Assembly (NCBI GenBank): GCA_965208905.1 | Contig: OZ242365.1 | Span: 736,001-800,000, forward strand | Source of the DNA: Nitrosopumilaceae archaeon | GTDB lineage: Archaea; Thermoproteota; Nitrososphaeria; Nitrososphaerales; Nitrosopumilaceae | Direction: 5' to 3' | Length of the DNA stretch: 64,000 bases | Shown: piece by piece, positions 31,025-39,669 of the stretch | How the letters are laid out: each line of letters starts with the position of its first letter | Position numbering within the stretch: the stretch's first letter is position 1 | Made by a program: the position numbers and the translations under genes | The notes under the pieces: generated by a model | Told to the model about the DNA's origin: nothing | Databases searched by the model: none | Seen by the model: only the letters and a program-made list of their open reading frames with translations

Positions 31025-31496
31025 TGGGAGTGAATAAATATATTGCTAATTTAAATCAAACATTTTTTGCCTTCTTTGGCAAGTATGACTGGCCAACCCT
31101 TCCTGTAACTATTGCACACATCCACACACCAGACACTGATGATTTATGATATCGTACCTAATCAACTTGCTTTTTTACTAGTTCCCCCACAAGTTTGGGC
31201 GTTAGCCAGTAAAATTGAATTAATGATCTTAAATTCTAGGAATAACTATCGCAAATATGTAGTTAGACACGGAAGTACAGAAATCTATAACAAAGACGTA
31301 CATACAAGAGCGGTCAAATCAATAATAACTGATGTAACGTGACATCTGAGAGTAAAGCGGCGTATGGTCTCGTTGCACGTAATAAACCTCAATGAAGCCG
31401 TCAATATGATGTAATTTAGATCATGTTCTAACTTTGGAGGAAACCCACAAACAACAATCCTTTTATGATACAAATATGTAACAACTATGCAGTGCC

Positions 31497-31877
31497 ATGG
31501 CGAAGAACACATCTTGGGGAAACGTGCGTGTCCGCCAGGACTTGATTGACCGAATGACCAAAGCCCTCCATACCGCCGAGCTACAACGTGAGGGATTCAC
31601 AAATGTTGCGCAGCTTACAGATAATATAATACGCAAGGCCCTGGCATCCCTTGAAGCCAAACGATTTGAACATATAAACATGTATGAGGACCATGTCAAA
31701 ATACTAGATAACCACATAGGCCGTCAAGGCCGTATAATATCCGTATACTATAAGGAAAATATGGACCCCATATGTGAATACTGCGAGGATAGCGACTGCG
31801 TACATATACAGTACGCCTGGGAGATAGGTGCAGTACGAGACATACTAAAGCAGCATGGCTTTAAGCCACCATCATGA
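31497..31877 (+). CDS. Hypothetical protein with RHH-like N-terminus and CxxC-x4-CxH zinc site
   Basis: N-terminal strand-helix-helix pattern; CEYCEDSDCVHI. Confidence 0.65.
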   Translation: MAKNTSWGNVRVRQDLIDRMTKALHTAELQREGFTNVAQLTDNIIRKALASLEAKRFEHINMYEDHVKILDNHIGRQGRIISVYYKENMDPICEYCEDSDCVHIQYAWEIGAVRDILKQHGFKPPS

Positions 31878-32094
31878 TGTGATGCCCCAAAAGTGTTGTT
31901 TTTTAGACGGTTGACCTGTTATCGTCTCCATTAGCATCTTCATATATCCCAAAAATTTTACAGTACCGTCTTCCCACTACACACTTGGTAAACAGTAGTC
32001 TAGAACTAGCGCGCTGACGCCACACAATCAATTCGCCATCCATGTATGGACTCGGGCATGGGCGTTATTGAGTATTCATAGATTATGTTGTCAA

Positions 32095-33464
32095 GGAGCT
32101 GTCAAATCTTAGAGGGATATGACAGCCTGCCGTACGGCAGATGTTGGCGAGTTACCATCCAGAGGAGATTCCATGAGATGTTCCTTGTTGGTCAGGCTTT
32201 GATGCCCGTCCTTTGGACAGCCTGTGCCGGCCATCACGTCACCAACGACACTGGGTATAGTGAGTGTCGCAAGATGTATCTTCCCTCTCAAGACCATTCC
32301 GGCCTTGGCTTGCAGTGAATAAACGGCCTGCACGCGTTTACTCCACTGCACTGCATAAAAAGTGAATAATATGTTGAACGCGGCGTTGACGTCCGCGTGC
32401 TGTACAACATCGCAGTCATGGCACCTGAATCGGCTGCCGTCGCGCCACGTGTTTGTTCTGCCGCATACACAGCACTGCTGCGATGTGTATTTCGGGTCAA
32501 TCTCGGCATATTCGGTGTTGTGCTTGAGTGACTGCTGCGCCATGTGGGACCGCGCCTCACCGCACTTGGACTGCCGCACCAGACGGTTCTTGTTCTTCTG
32601 GCCTGGGCCCTTGGTCGTCATGGTTTTGAGGTTCATGCCCTCCATGATTATTTTGTCGCATTGCGCGAACAGTTTTTTGGCAAACTTGCGCAGCTTGTCT
32701 GTCTGCCGGTTTCCCATCTTGCGGTATATGCTTTGCAGCTGCGCGTGCAGTGTACACCACTTGTGGGAGTGAAGTTTGCAGTGAGACATCTTCTTTTGAA
32801 TACGCGCGATGTTTCGTATAGTGTCCTTCTCGCGCAACATCAGCATCTCTATTCTGCCGTCCGATTTTGCCACCACAAGCGTGTGTTTGCCGCCCATGTC
32901 AATTCCCGCGTGTACGCCGGTACATACACGGTCCGGAACGTGTTCGCGTATAGTTACATGCAGCTCAAACTGTCTTTCCCTGTCCGCATTATTCGTCACA
33001 TCCACAATTTTGTACGACTGTGATGTGTCGGGCAGGCGTCCTTTCTGGAGTTTGAAGGGCGCGCCACACTTTGGGAAATACACTGTATTACCCTTGGACT
33101 TTTTGCCAAGCGGCATATTACTATACAGTGGGTAAACCTTCTTGCCATACTTTACGTGAGTGCACCCCTCCATCTTGTGGCCTTCCTTGATGGCTCCGTG
33201 AACCCAAGCCTGTGGTATGCCCTGACATATGGTGGCTATTTTGTTGGTGTCAAACACCGACAGACCGGCCCGGCGCGCCTTTATCCCTGCATTGAGCCAC
33301 ACATGACTCTCCGAATACATGATGTCAAAGTATTCTGTCAGCCTGGCAGATGTCCTTAAACGGTATTGGACAGTCTTTATAATGTACTTTCCACCATTAT
33401 ACTTCATGTGTAGTTTATAACTTGGTGCTATTTAAGCGGTATCCCCCTAAGATTTGACAGTGCC
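32095..33464 (-). mobile_element. Non-autonomous TIR element carrying only tnpB
   Basis: TIRs GGAGCTGTCAAATCTTAGAGGGATA (32095-32119) and GGCACTGTCAAATCTTAGGGGGATA (reverse complement of 33440-33464), 22/25 identical; flanked by direct repeats GTTGTCAA at 32087-32094 and 33465-33472. Confidence 0.9.
32109..33407 (-). CDS. tnpB: TnpB RNA-guided endonuclease (copy 2)
   Basis: GIDMG, IIMEGMN, TSQQCCVCG...CHDCD, HADVNAAFNIL; D-E-D triad intact; stop codon lies inside the TIR. Confidence 0.92.
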   Translation of the reverse strand: MKYNGGKYIIKTVQYRLRTSARLTEYFDIMYSESHVWLNAGIKARRAGLSVFDTNKIATICQGIPQAWVHGAIKEGHKMEGCTHVKYGKKVYPLYSNMPLGKKSKGNTVYFPKCGAPFKLQKGRLPDTSQSYKIVDVTNNADRERQFELHVTIREHVPDRVCTGVHAGIDMGGKHTLVVAKSDGRIEMLMLREKDTIRNIARIQKKMSHCKLHSHKWCTLHAQLQSIYRKMGNRQTDKLRKFAKKLFAQCDKIIMEGMNLKTMTTKGPGQKNKNRLVRQSKCGEARSHMAQQSLKHNTEYAEIDPKYTSQQCCVCGRTNTWRDGSRFRCHDCDVVQHADVNAAFNILFTFYAVQWSKRVQAVYSLQAKAGMVLRGKIHLATLTIPSVVGDVMAGTGCPKDGHQSLTNKEHLMESPLDGNSPTSAVRQAVISL

Positions 33465-33638
33465 GTTGTCAAACTCTTTATCACTTCTATAAACTGCAGG
33501 AATGGTTCAGGTGGTGTATAACTCTAAACTTCTACCGTACAATCTCTGTAGTCGTATATACATGAGTCTGAATCGAATATTTGAAAGATGGTGGATCGGG
33601 TAGGGTATGTTGGATAGTGGAACAATGCAGCCAAACTT

Positions 33639-33992
33639 TTAACGACCCTTTTGCTCCAGTATGGCTCGGATTTTCCCCACCACCTTGTCAACAACCTGGC
33701 GTGTAGCGCGGCCTGCAAACTCGGCGTGTCTAGCACGCCAGTCCAAGCTCTTGATTTGATCCGCTAAAATCACTCCTCTGACACTGCCTGCATCTGGAAG
33801 ATCTACCTCAAACGGGTAGCCCTTGATCTTGGATGTAATGGGGCAAAATAGCGCCAACCCAACCTTCTCGTTATACGCGCTGGGGCTTATCACCACGGCG
33901 GGTCTTCTTCTTGCCTGCTCATGGCCAGCCTGCGGCATGAAATCAATCCAAACTATGTCGTCCCTTTCCGGCACGTAGCCTGCATCTACCAT
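33639..33992 (-). CDS. mazF: MazF/PemK endoribonuclease toxin
   Basis: YVPERDDIVWIDFMPQAGHEQARRRPAVVISP, CPITSKIKGYPFEV, ADQIKSLDW. Confidence 0.93.
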   Translation of the reverse strand: MVDAGYVPERDDIVWIDFMPQAGHEQARRRPAVVISPSAYNEKVGLALFCPITSKIKGYPFEVDLPDAGSVRGVILADQIKSLDWRARHAEFAGRATRQVVDKVVGKIRAILEQKGR

Positions 33993-34153
33993 TCTTCTTT
34001 GCCCTGAGCCGAACCTGATTCGTGTTCGGGATGGCAATTGGTTTGGTCCACATGAGACAGCATGCTTGCCAAGTCGTACTTGTCCGTGTTAGTGTGATGC
34101 GCGCTATCAGACCTGCGTAACTCCGTACCCTTTCCAGCTGCATGCTTCATCAT
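33986..34153 (-). CDS. MazE-like antitoxin of 55 aa (below the ORF-track cutoff)
   Basis: MMKHAAGKGTELRRSDSAHHTNTDKYDLASMLSHVDQTNCHPEHESGSAQGKEEW; C-terminus resembles the MazE toxin-binding tail; overlaps the mazF start; TTATATA about 25 nt upstream. Confidence 0.7.
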   Translation of the reverse strand: MMKHAAGKGTELRRSDSAHHTNTDKYDLASMLSHVDQTNCHPEHESGSAQGKEEW

Positions 34154-34396
34154 AACACTTGTACCGCATGCAGGTATATAATAATTACAAAGACTGGTGT
34201 TCTGGCGACCTGGTGAATACTGGGAGTCGTCAAGACATCATAAATCTACTATGGGTGCTCCTGCTGTGGCGTTAGAGTGGGAAACCTTGCCACGCTCGCC
34301 GCAGTTAGACAGTTGATACGGTTGGATAGTTTATCTCGTCAACCTCTGCGGCGATAGGTGCAGCTGGCGGGCACTCGCCTTGATGTCATATGTAAG

Positions 34397-34470
34397 TGGA
34401 CCGGGTGGGATTTGAACCCACGATCTGATCCATGCCAAGGACCCATCCTACCAGTCTAGACGACCGGCCC
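34397..34470 (-). tRNA. tRNA-Ala(GGC)
   Basis: Cloverleaf with a G3:U70 pair; anticodon arm GGTCC-TTGGCAT-GGATC. Confidence 0.93.
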
Positions 34471-34515
34471 GCACTTGATATGAAGTATACTAACTGATAT
34501 TAACATATGTACAAT

Positions 34516-35115
34516 TTACCATCCCTTCTTTGGAAACTTCATACCCAAAACTCGTATGGTATCATCTGGAGATGCCGCAAACTGGCGTACTGTGTCCCAT
34601 CTTTCATGTATTATATCAACTACTGGCTCTGGTACTTGACTCTTCCATGCGTCTATACTGTCAGTAGTTGCTGATCTGTACAGTAGTGATTTTACTGATG
34701 TGGCCGATATGGGACGTCGCTCGCCCACCCGGGGCCGTAGCCTGTACAGTCTTAACATTACACCTTCAGACTTGTCTCCTGTATATGAGAAAAAGTCACC
34801 ATGTACATTATTGAGTATCTTTGATCGCAACGACCAGGATTTTTTAGATATTACTGGCGGAATATACTTTTTGAACGGTGCCTCAAAGGTATAGTCGTCA
34901 CTTATACAGATAGTGTCCCCAAAGACCGACTCTAACATTCTCTTTCGAGTATTGTAATCAAATGGAAAGCTACGGCTGTTTAACTCGATATTATCATACT
35001 TGAACACCACCGGCATCACTTTTATTGTATCTGCCTCTTTGATTAGGTCTTGAATTATATCCACGTGGGCGTTTGTCACCGGGTTTAGATGAGCTAGATA
35101 AAGAGCAGTCGCCAA
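34516..35115 (-). CDS. Nucleotidyltransferase of the cytidylyltransferase-like (HIGH) superfamily
   Basis: LYLAHLNPVTNAH and ISATSVK motifs. Confidence 0.75.
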   Translation of the reverse strand: MATALYLAHLNPVTNAHVDIIQDLIKEADTIKVMPVVFKYDNIELNSRSFPFDYNTRKRMLESVFGDTICISDDYTFEAPFKKYIPPVISKKSWSLRSKILNNVHGDFFSYTGDKSEGVMLRLYRLRPRVGERRPISATSVKSLLYRSATTDSIDAWKSQVPEPVVDIIHERWDTVRQFAASPDDTIRVLGMKFPKKGW

Positions 35116-35129
35116 TCTACATCATACAG

Positions 35130-35203
35130 TGGGGACGATGGGACTTGAACCCATGCTCTCCAGTACCCGAAACTGGCAGTATACCAAGCTAACCTACGTC
35201 CCC
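35130..35203 (-). tRNA. tRNA-Pro(CGG)
   Basis: Cloverleaf GGGGACG...CCAGT-TTCGGGT-ACTGG...GTTCAAGTC...CGTCCCCA. Confidence 0.93.
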
Positions 35204-35233
35204 AAAGTACGTACTAATCAAAGATATTTTATC

Positions 35234-36073
35234 CTACCCGTAGGACTCGAACTTGACTTCAAAGCTGCCATCATCACGCTTTTTACGACTAGTTACAAAA
35301 CCCTTTGGTTCCAAGTAGTTCATGGCACCATCAATCGTTCCTTGCCAACCACATATGTAGAATATTGTATTGTCTTTGGTTATCTTCTCTCCCACCAACT
35401 CTTCCAATGCCGAAACACCATTACTGTTGGGCTTTAGAAATGACTCGACTCGCCCCACCTGTCCTCTCCAGTCACGGTTCTCGGTGGGCCTACTTATGGA
35501 GGCTCTATACGTAAAGTTCCACTTGTCTTTGCCCACGTCTTCACTCTCACGCTCCAAATCCTCAAAGAGTCTTCTGTACCCCAGCTCATCTGTATAGCTG
35601 GCTCCATGCAATACTATAATTTCACGCTTATCTCCAACTTCATGCAGGTGCTGTGCAAAGCTCACAAACGGCGCTAATCCTGTTCCGCCACCTAGACAGA
35701 CTATGCGCCGTTCATCCTTTTCACCATTGTGCAGTGTCTCATTAATTAAGAGATCATCTCCTCGTGGTGTCATCCACTTTAGTGATGTACCCACTTTGGA
35801 GTTGAACAACTGAGTCGTCAATCTACCTGGAAGTGGTTTTCGCACCCAGCGTATGTATAACTCAAAGTAGTCTTTATTCTCTGGATGTGATGATATTGAG
35901 TACGCTCGACGAACCATTCTGTTATTCTCATTGGGATTTGGCATTCCTATTATGATGTATTGACCCGCCTTATACTCTGGGATCTCTTTATTCTCTGGCA
36001 CTAGTCTGCATACCATCAAGTCATCCTTTAACTTCTCTATGTATGTCAACGTTGAGGTACTTTCAACTACCAT
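35234..36073 (-). CDS. Ferredoxin-NADP+ reductase
   Basis: RRAYSISS, GRLT, GGTGLAPF, YICG motifs and C-terminal ESYG. Confidence 0.9.
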   Translation of the reverse strand: MVVESTSTLTYIEKLKDDLMVCRLVPENKEIPEYKAGQYIIIGMPNPNENNRMVRRAYSISSHPENKDYFELYIRWVRKPLPGRLTTQLFNSKVGTSLKWMTPRGDDLLINETLHNGEKDERRIVCLGGGTGLAPFVSFAQHLHEVGDKREIIVLHGASYTDELGYRRLFEDLERESEDVGKDKWNFTYRASISRPTENRDWRGQVGRVESFLKPNSNGVSALEELVGEKITKDNTIFYICGWQGTIDGAMNYLEPKGFVTSRKKRDDGSFEVKFESYG

Positions 36074-36398
36074 ATTCCATCCTTTTTTCCACTGCTTAAA
36101 TATTTTGCTAAATGAGTTCTGCAGATTGTGTGCCGTGTTACCAAATACCCGCGGCTTATACATGACTGTACTATGCCCAAAATTCGACTAGTCAGTCTAT
36201 CGGCCTATCTATGTTCTCTGCAGATTCCCTGAGGAGACGCGCCAGTTCAGAATACTTTCTTTCTTCTTGACTGACGAACTCAGACAATCTACATTTTTTT
36301 ATCATAATGTGAATCCCTCACAACTGCATATGGTAGACTGCCTTCTATACAAAATCCCTCTCAACATTAAATAATGTTATCTAAAATGTGTAAATTAT

Positions 36399-37307
36399 AT
36401 GAGTATTCATCCAAGTGATATAGTCTGGTTTGATGGTAGATTCATGAATCGTAAAGATGCCTTGGTACCTGTCACCACTCACGCCCTTCACTATGGTACA
36501 TCTGCCTTTGAGGGAATACGGGCGTATTGGACCGGGGATAACCTGTATGTCTTTCGATTACATGATCATATAAAACGTCTGCGCAGATCAGGTGCATTTT
36601 ACAAGATGGAATTACACTATACTGATGAGCAACTAACCGATGCCATAACAGGTACGTGCAGTAAGAACAACCTACAACAGAATACGTATATCAGACCACT
36701 ATACTTTGTGGGGGATTGGGGCATTCGTCTGGAGATTGACAAGAGCGCCCCCATAATATCTGCAGTTATAGTATTTCCACTACAGAGTATATTTGATGGC
36801 GATGGCATAGACGTGAGCATAGCATCATGCCGTCGCCTCAATGATCAATTCCTGCCGACTCAGGCAAAGGTGGGCGGCAACTATCTAAACTCTATAACGG
36901 CCACCATGGAGGCAAAGATGGCCGGCTACGATGAGGCAGTCATGCTGGACTTACATGGAAATGTAAGCGAGACTCCCGGAGCCAACATATTTCTGGTTCA
37001 GGATGGCGAGCTTATAACCCCCGACAAAGCATCATCTGCTCTTGATGGTATAACTCGGGATACTGTGGACTATTTGGCAGCACAGGAAGGCATACGTACC
37101 ATATATAGACGCGTAGCTCCCAGCGAGTTGTACCTATCTGATGAGGTATTCATAGTGGGCACTGCTGCGGAGGTGACTCCCATAAAGAGCGTGGGTGGCA
37201 GACCGATAAATCGTGGCAAGATGACTGAACGTATAAAAGAGATTTATGCAGACGCGGTGACTGGTCGCCGCCAGGTTCCTGATGGGTGGCTTACACCCGT
37301 ATACTGA
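36399..37307 (+). CDS. ilvE: Branched-chain amino acid aminotransferase
   Basis: LHYGTSAFEGIR, AKVGGNY (PLP Lys), LDGITR, GTAAEVTP. Confidence 0.93.
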   Translation: MSIHPSDIVWFDGRFMNRKDALVPVTTHALHYGTSAFEGIRAYWTGDNLYVFRLHDHIKRLRRSGAFYKMELHYTDEQLTDAITGTCSKNNLQQNTYIRPLYFVGDWGIRLEIDKSAPIISAVIVFPLQSIFDGDGIDVSIASCRRLNDQFLPTQAKVGGNYLNSITATMEAKMAGYDEAVMLDLHGNVSETPGANIFLVQDGELITPDKASSALDGITRDTVDYLAAQEGIRTIYRRVAPSELYLSDEVFIVGTAAEVTPIKSVGGRPINRGKMTERIKEIYADAVTGRRQVPDGWLTPVY

Positions 37308-38233
37308 TGATTCGCACCGTTCTAGTGGGTGTTGGTGGCTGGGGTAAGAATCATGCCCGTGTCCTACATGACACCGGAACGCTCGCTGCAATCTGTGATG
37401 CAGATAATACACTAGCAGAGCAGTTTGGTGCACAATATAAAGTGCCCTACTATACTGATGTGCAAAACATGCTGTATAGCGAGTCATTTGATGCGGCCAT
37501 AGTGGCCACGCCCACAAAGACACATTTTCAGATAGGCAAGATGCTATTGCAGTCCAAAAAGCATCTGTTACTGGAGAAACCATTCACATACGAACCTACA
37601 GAGGGTCGTGAACTACAATCTATGGCAAAAAAGGCAGGAGTCATTCTTACATGCGGTTACATAGAGCGATTCAACCCGGCCATTCAGACTACACGCAATA
37701 TAATACAGGACAAGACTCATGGGGATATCGCCCTTCTGGAGTTTCATCGTGAGAGCAACATACCTGTACACATAAAGGATGTGGGTATAATACATGATAC
37801 CGCCGTACATGATATAGATACGGCAAACTGGCTCTTTGATCAGATGCCTCAAGTCGTCTTTGCCCGGGCCGGCCACATACGTCACACCCACGAAGACTTT
37901 GCCACCGTAATGTTGGGATATGCTGACAACCGCACCGCCATACTGGCCTGCAACTGGCTCTCTCCGATCCGCTCCCGTATGTTTCGCGCGGCCCTTACAG
38001 ATGCCATTATTACAGGCGACTTTATAACAAGACACGTACAGATAAACGACAAGACCGCACCCGTCACAGAAGGAGAACCATTAAAACGTGAGATTGACTC
38101 ATTTTTAGAGGCCATAAAGACAAACTCTGAACCTGTTGTAACTGCCCATCAGGCCATATCTGTCAGTGAGATAGCCAAAGCTGCGCTTTTATCTAGCCAA
38201 CGCGGAGTTCCCATATACTTGGATTTGCGATGA
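37307..38233 (+). CDS. Gfo/Idh/MocA family oxidoreductase
   Basis: VGVGGWG, LLEKP, ERFNP, DTAVHDID motifs. Confidence 0.9.
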   Translation: MIRTVLVGVGGWGKNHARVLHDTGTLAAICDADNTLAEQFGAQYKVPYYTDVQNMLYSESFDAAIVATPTKTHFQIGKMLLQSKKHLLLEKPFTYEPTEGRELQSMAKKAGVILTCGYIERFNPAIQTTRNIIQDKTHGDIALLEFHRESNIPVHIKDVGIIHDTAVHDIDTANWLFDQMPQVVFARAGHIRHTHEDFATVMLGYADNRTAILACNWLSPIRSRMFRAALTDAIITGDFITRHVQINDKTAPVTEGEPLKREIDSFLEAIKTNSEPVVTAHQAISVSEIAKAALLSSQRGVPIYLDLR

Positions 38234-38496
38234 ACAGAAGACTACTAGACATATTGGCCTGTCCCATGGACAAACACTACCCGTTGGAGCTATACGGAGA
38301 TGACAACTCCGATACCATACAGACTGCTCTGTTGTATTGTACAGAATGTGGCCGGTTCTATGTTGTAGATGGCGGCATACCCATACTGCTCCCCGACGAT
38401 CTTCGAGACAGAGATGCCGAAATAAATGTAATAAAAAATATACCCAATCTACCAGACAAAATTACATTACACGGCAAGCCTTGGAAGATCACTTAA
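38230..38496 (+). CDS. Trm112-like protein
   Basis: LLDILACPMDK...CTECGRFY..GGIPILLP. Confidence 0.88.
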   Translation: MNRRLLDILACPMDKHYPLELYGDDNSDTIQTALLYCTECGRFYVVDGGIPILLPDDLRDRDAEINVIKNIPNLPDKITLHGKPWKIT

Positions 38497-38683
38497 AGAT
38501 ATATCTTGTCAGTCTGACTAGTATGAACACCCACAATATCACCAAAAGTATGGCTACTCCTCCCTTTACCACTGCATTTATGCTGTATACACCCAAATCC
38601 AATGGTCCTAGTACTGTGACGGCCAGACCTCCGCCTATTATTATCAGGCCCCACATGCCACCCAAGAATGCATAAATCCTCAT
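38489..38683 (-). CDS. Small two-TM membrane protein
   Basis: Hydrophobic 64-aa ORF coupled to the upstream gene. Confidence 0.65.
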   Translation of the reverse strand: MRIYAFLGGMWGLIIIGGGLAVTVLGPLDLGVYSINAVVKGGVAILLVILWVFILVRLTRYIFK

Positions 38684-39669
38684 TATATCATCATCATTAT
38701 ACCTGATATTATAGCCAGAATGGCCGCAAAGACACTCAACTTTAGTATCTGTCTTACTACGCCGCCCTCACTCAAGGGCCCCTGCCGTAGTATTAGACGC
38801 ACCAAGGTTATTGGGGCTTGTGGATCACCTGTATCATGTAGTATCATGTCATCATCGCGATATACGGGACTGCGTTTTATCTGGCGGTGCTCTACTATCC
38901 TCCTTACACTATACAGAAAGAAGAATGAGTTTGCTATGGCTGGCAGCAGGGCAACAGCAGCTACGACCTCCACTCCTCCGTATATGGCTACGCAACCATA
39001 GGTGACTCCCAATACCAAGACTCCCGAATCTCCTGGAAATATGCGACTTGGCATACGGTGATACTTGTAGAATGCCAAAGATGCCGCTACCAAAATAATA
39101 CACAGTCCAAATGCCTCCCAGCGCCCTAATAGTGCCAGTATGATGGCAACGGCCACACCTGCAATTATCATGTATCCGCTGGCCACACCATTCATTACAT
39201 CTATGGAGTTTACCGTGTTTCCCATTATTGGCATCATGACCAGTATGACTCCAATGTATAGTATGGGTATATTCACAGTACCAAAGAGAGGAAACTCCAA
39301 GTCTGTACTGTATTGGCCAAATAACACCAATGGTATGGCTGCTACCACCAGTAATGCGGGTTTGAACCAGCCGGGCATCACCTTGAGATCGTCCACATAC
39401 CCTATGATGCATGCCATGACTATGGTCGGTACAGTTGCCAGGACCGCCAGCTGACCCGTTCCCAGATATAGTGCTATGATCCCACCTACTATGCCTGCCA
39501 ATATGGCCGGACCTCCAGGCCGAGCCACCATTATGTTATCTTTTTTGTTTACATCAGGTACATGCATGTTCTTTTTGTTTAGTATGGATATCAGTGGGGG
39601 TGTTATACCATACACTATACCAAATGATATGCATCCGCCAACTATTATGGTCAAAAAGTCTGCCGTCAA
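38683..39669 (-). CDS. UDP-GlcNAc:polyprenyl-phosphate GlcNAc-1-P transferase (MraY/GPT family, AglH-like)
   Basis: GYVDD, NTVNSIDVMNG, IFPGDSG motifs; multiple TM helices. Confidence 0.88.
   Translation of the reverse strand: MTADFLTIIVGGCISFGIVYGITPPLISILNKKNMHVPDVNKKDNIMVARPGGPAILAGIVGGIIALYLGTGQLAVLATVPTIVMACIIGYVDDLKVMPGWFKPALLVVAAIPLVLFGQYSTDLEFPLFGTVNIPILYIGVILVMMPIMGNTVNSIDVMNGVASGYMIIAGVAVAIILALLGRWEAFGLCIILVAASLAFYKYHRMPSRIFPGDSGVLVLGVTYGCVAIYGGVEVVAAVALLPAIANSFFFLYSVRRIVEHRQIKRSPVYRDDDMILHDTGDPQAPITLVRLILRQGPLSEGGVVRQILKLSVFAAILAIISGIMMMI

Noticed and set aside
31050-34470. Integrative island at tRNA-Ala
   Set aside because: No integrase and no duplicated tRNA 3' end (att site) were found; it is kept only as an insertion hotspot.
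35129-35437. 102-aa plus-strand ORF
   Set aside because: It is antisense to tRNA-Pro and the reductase gene.
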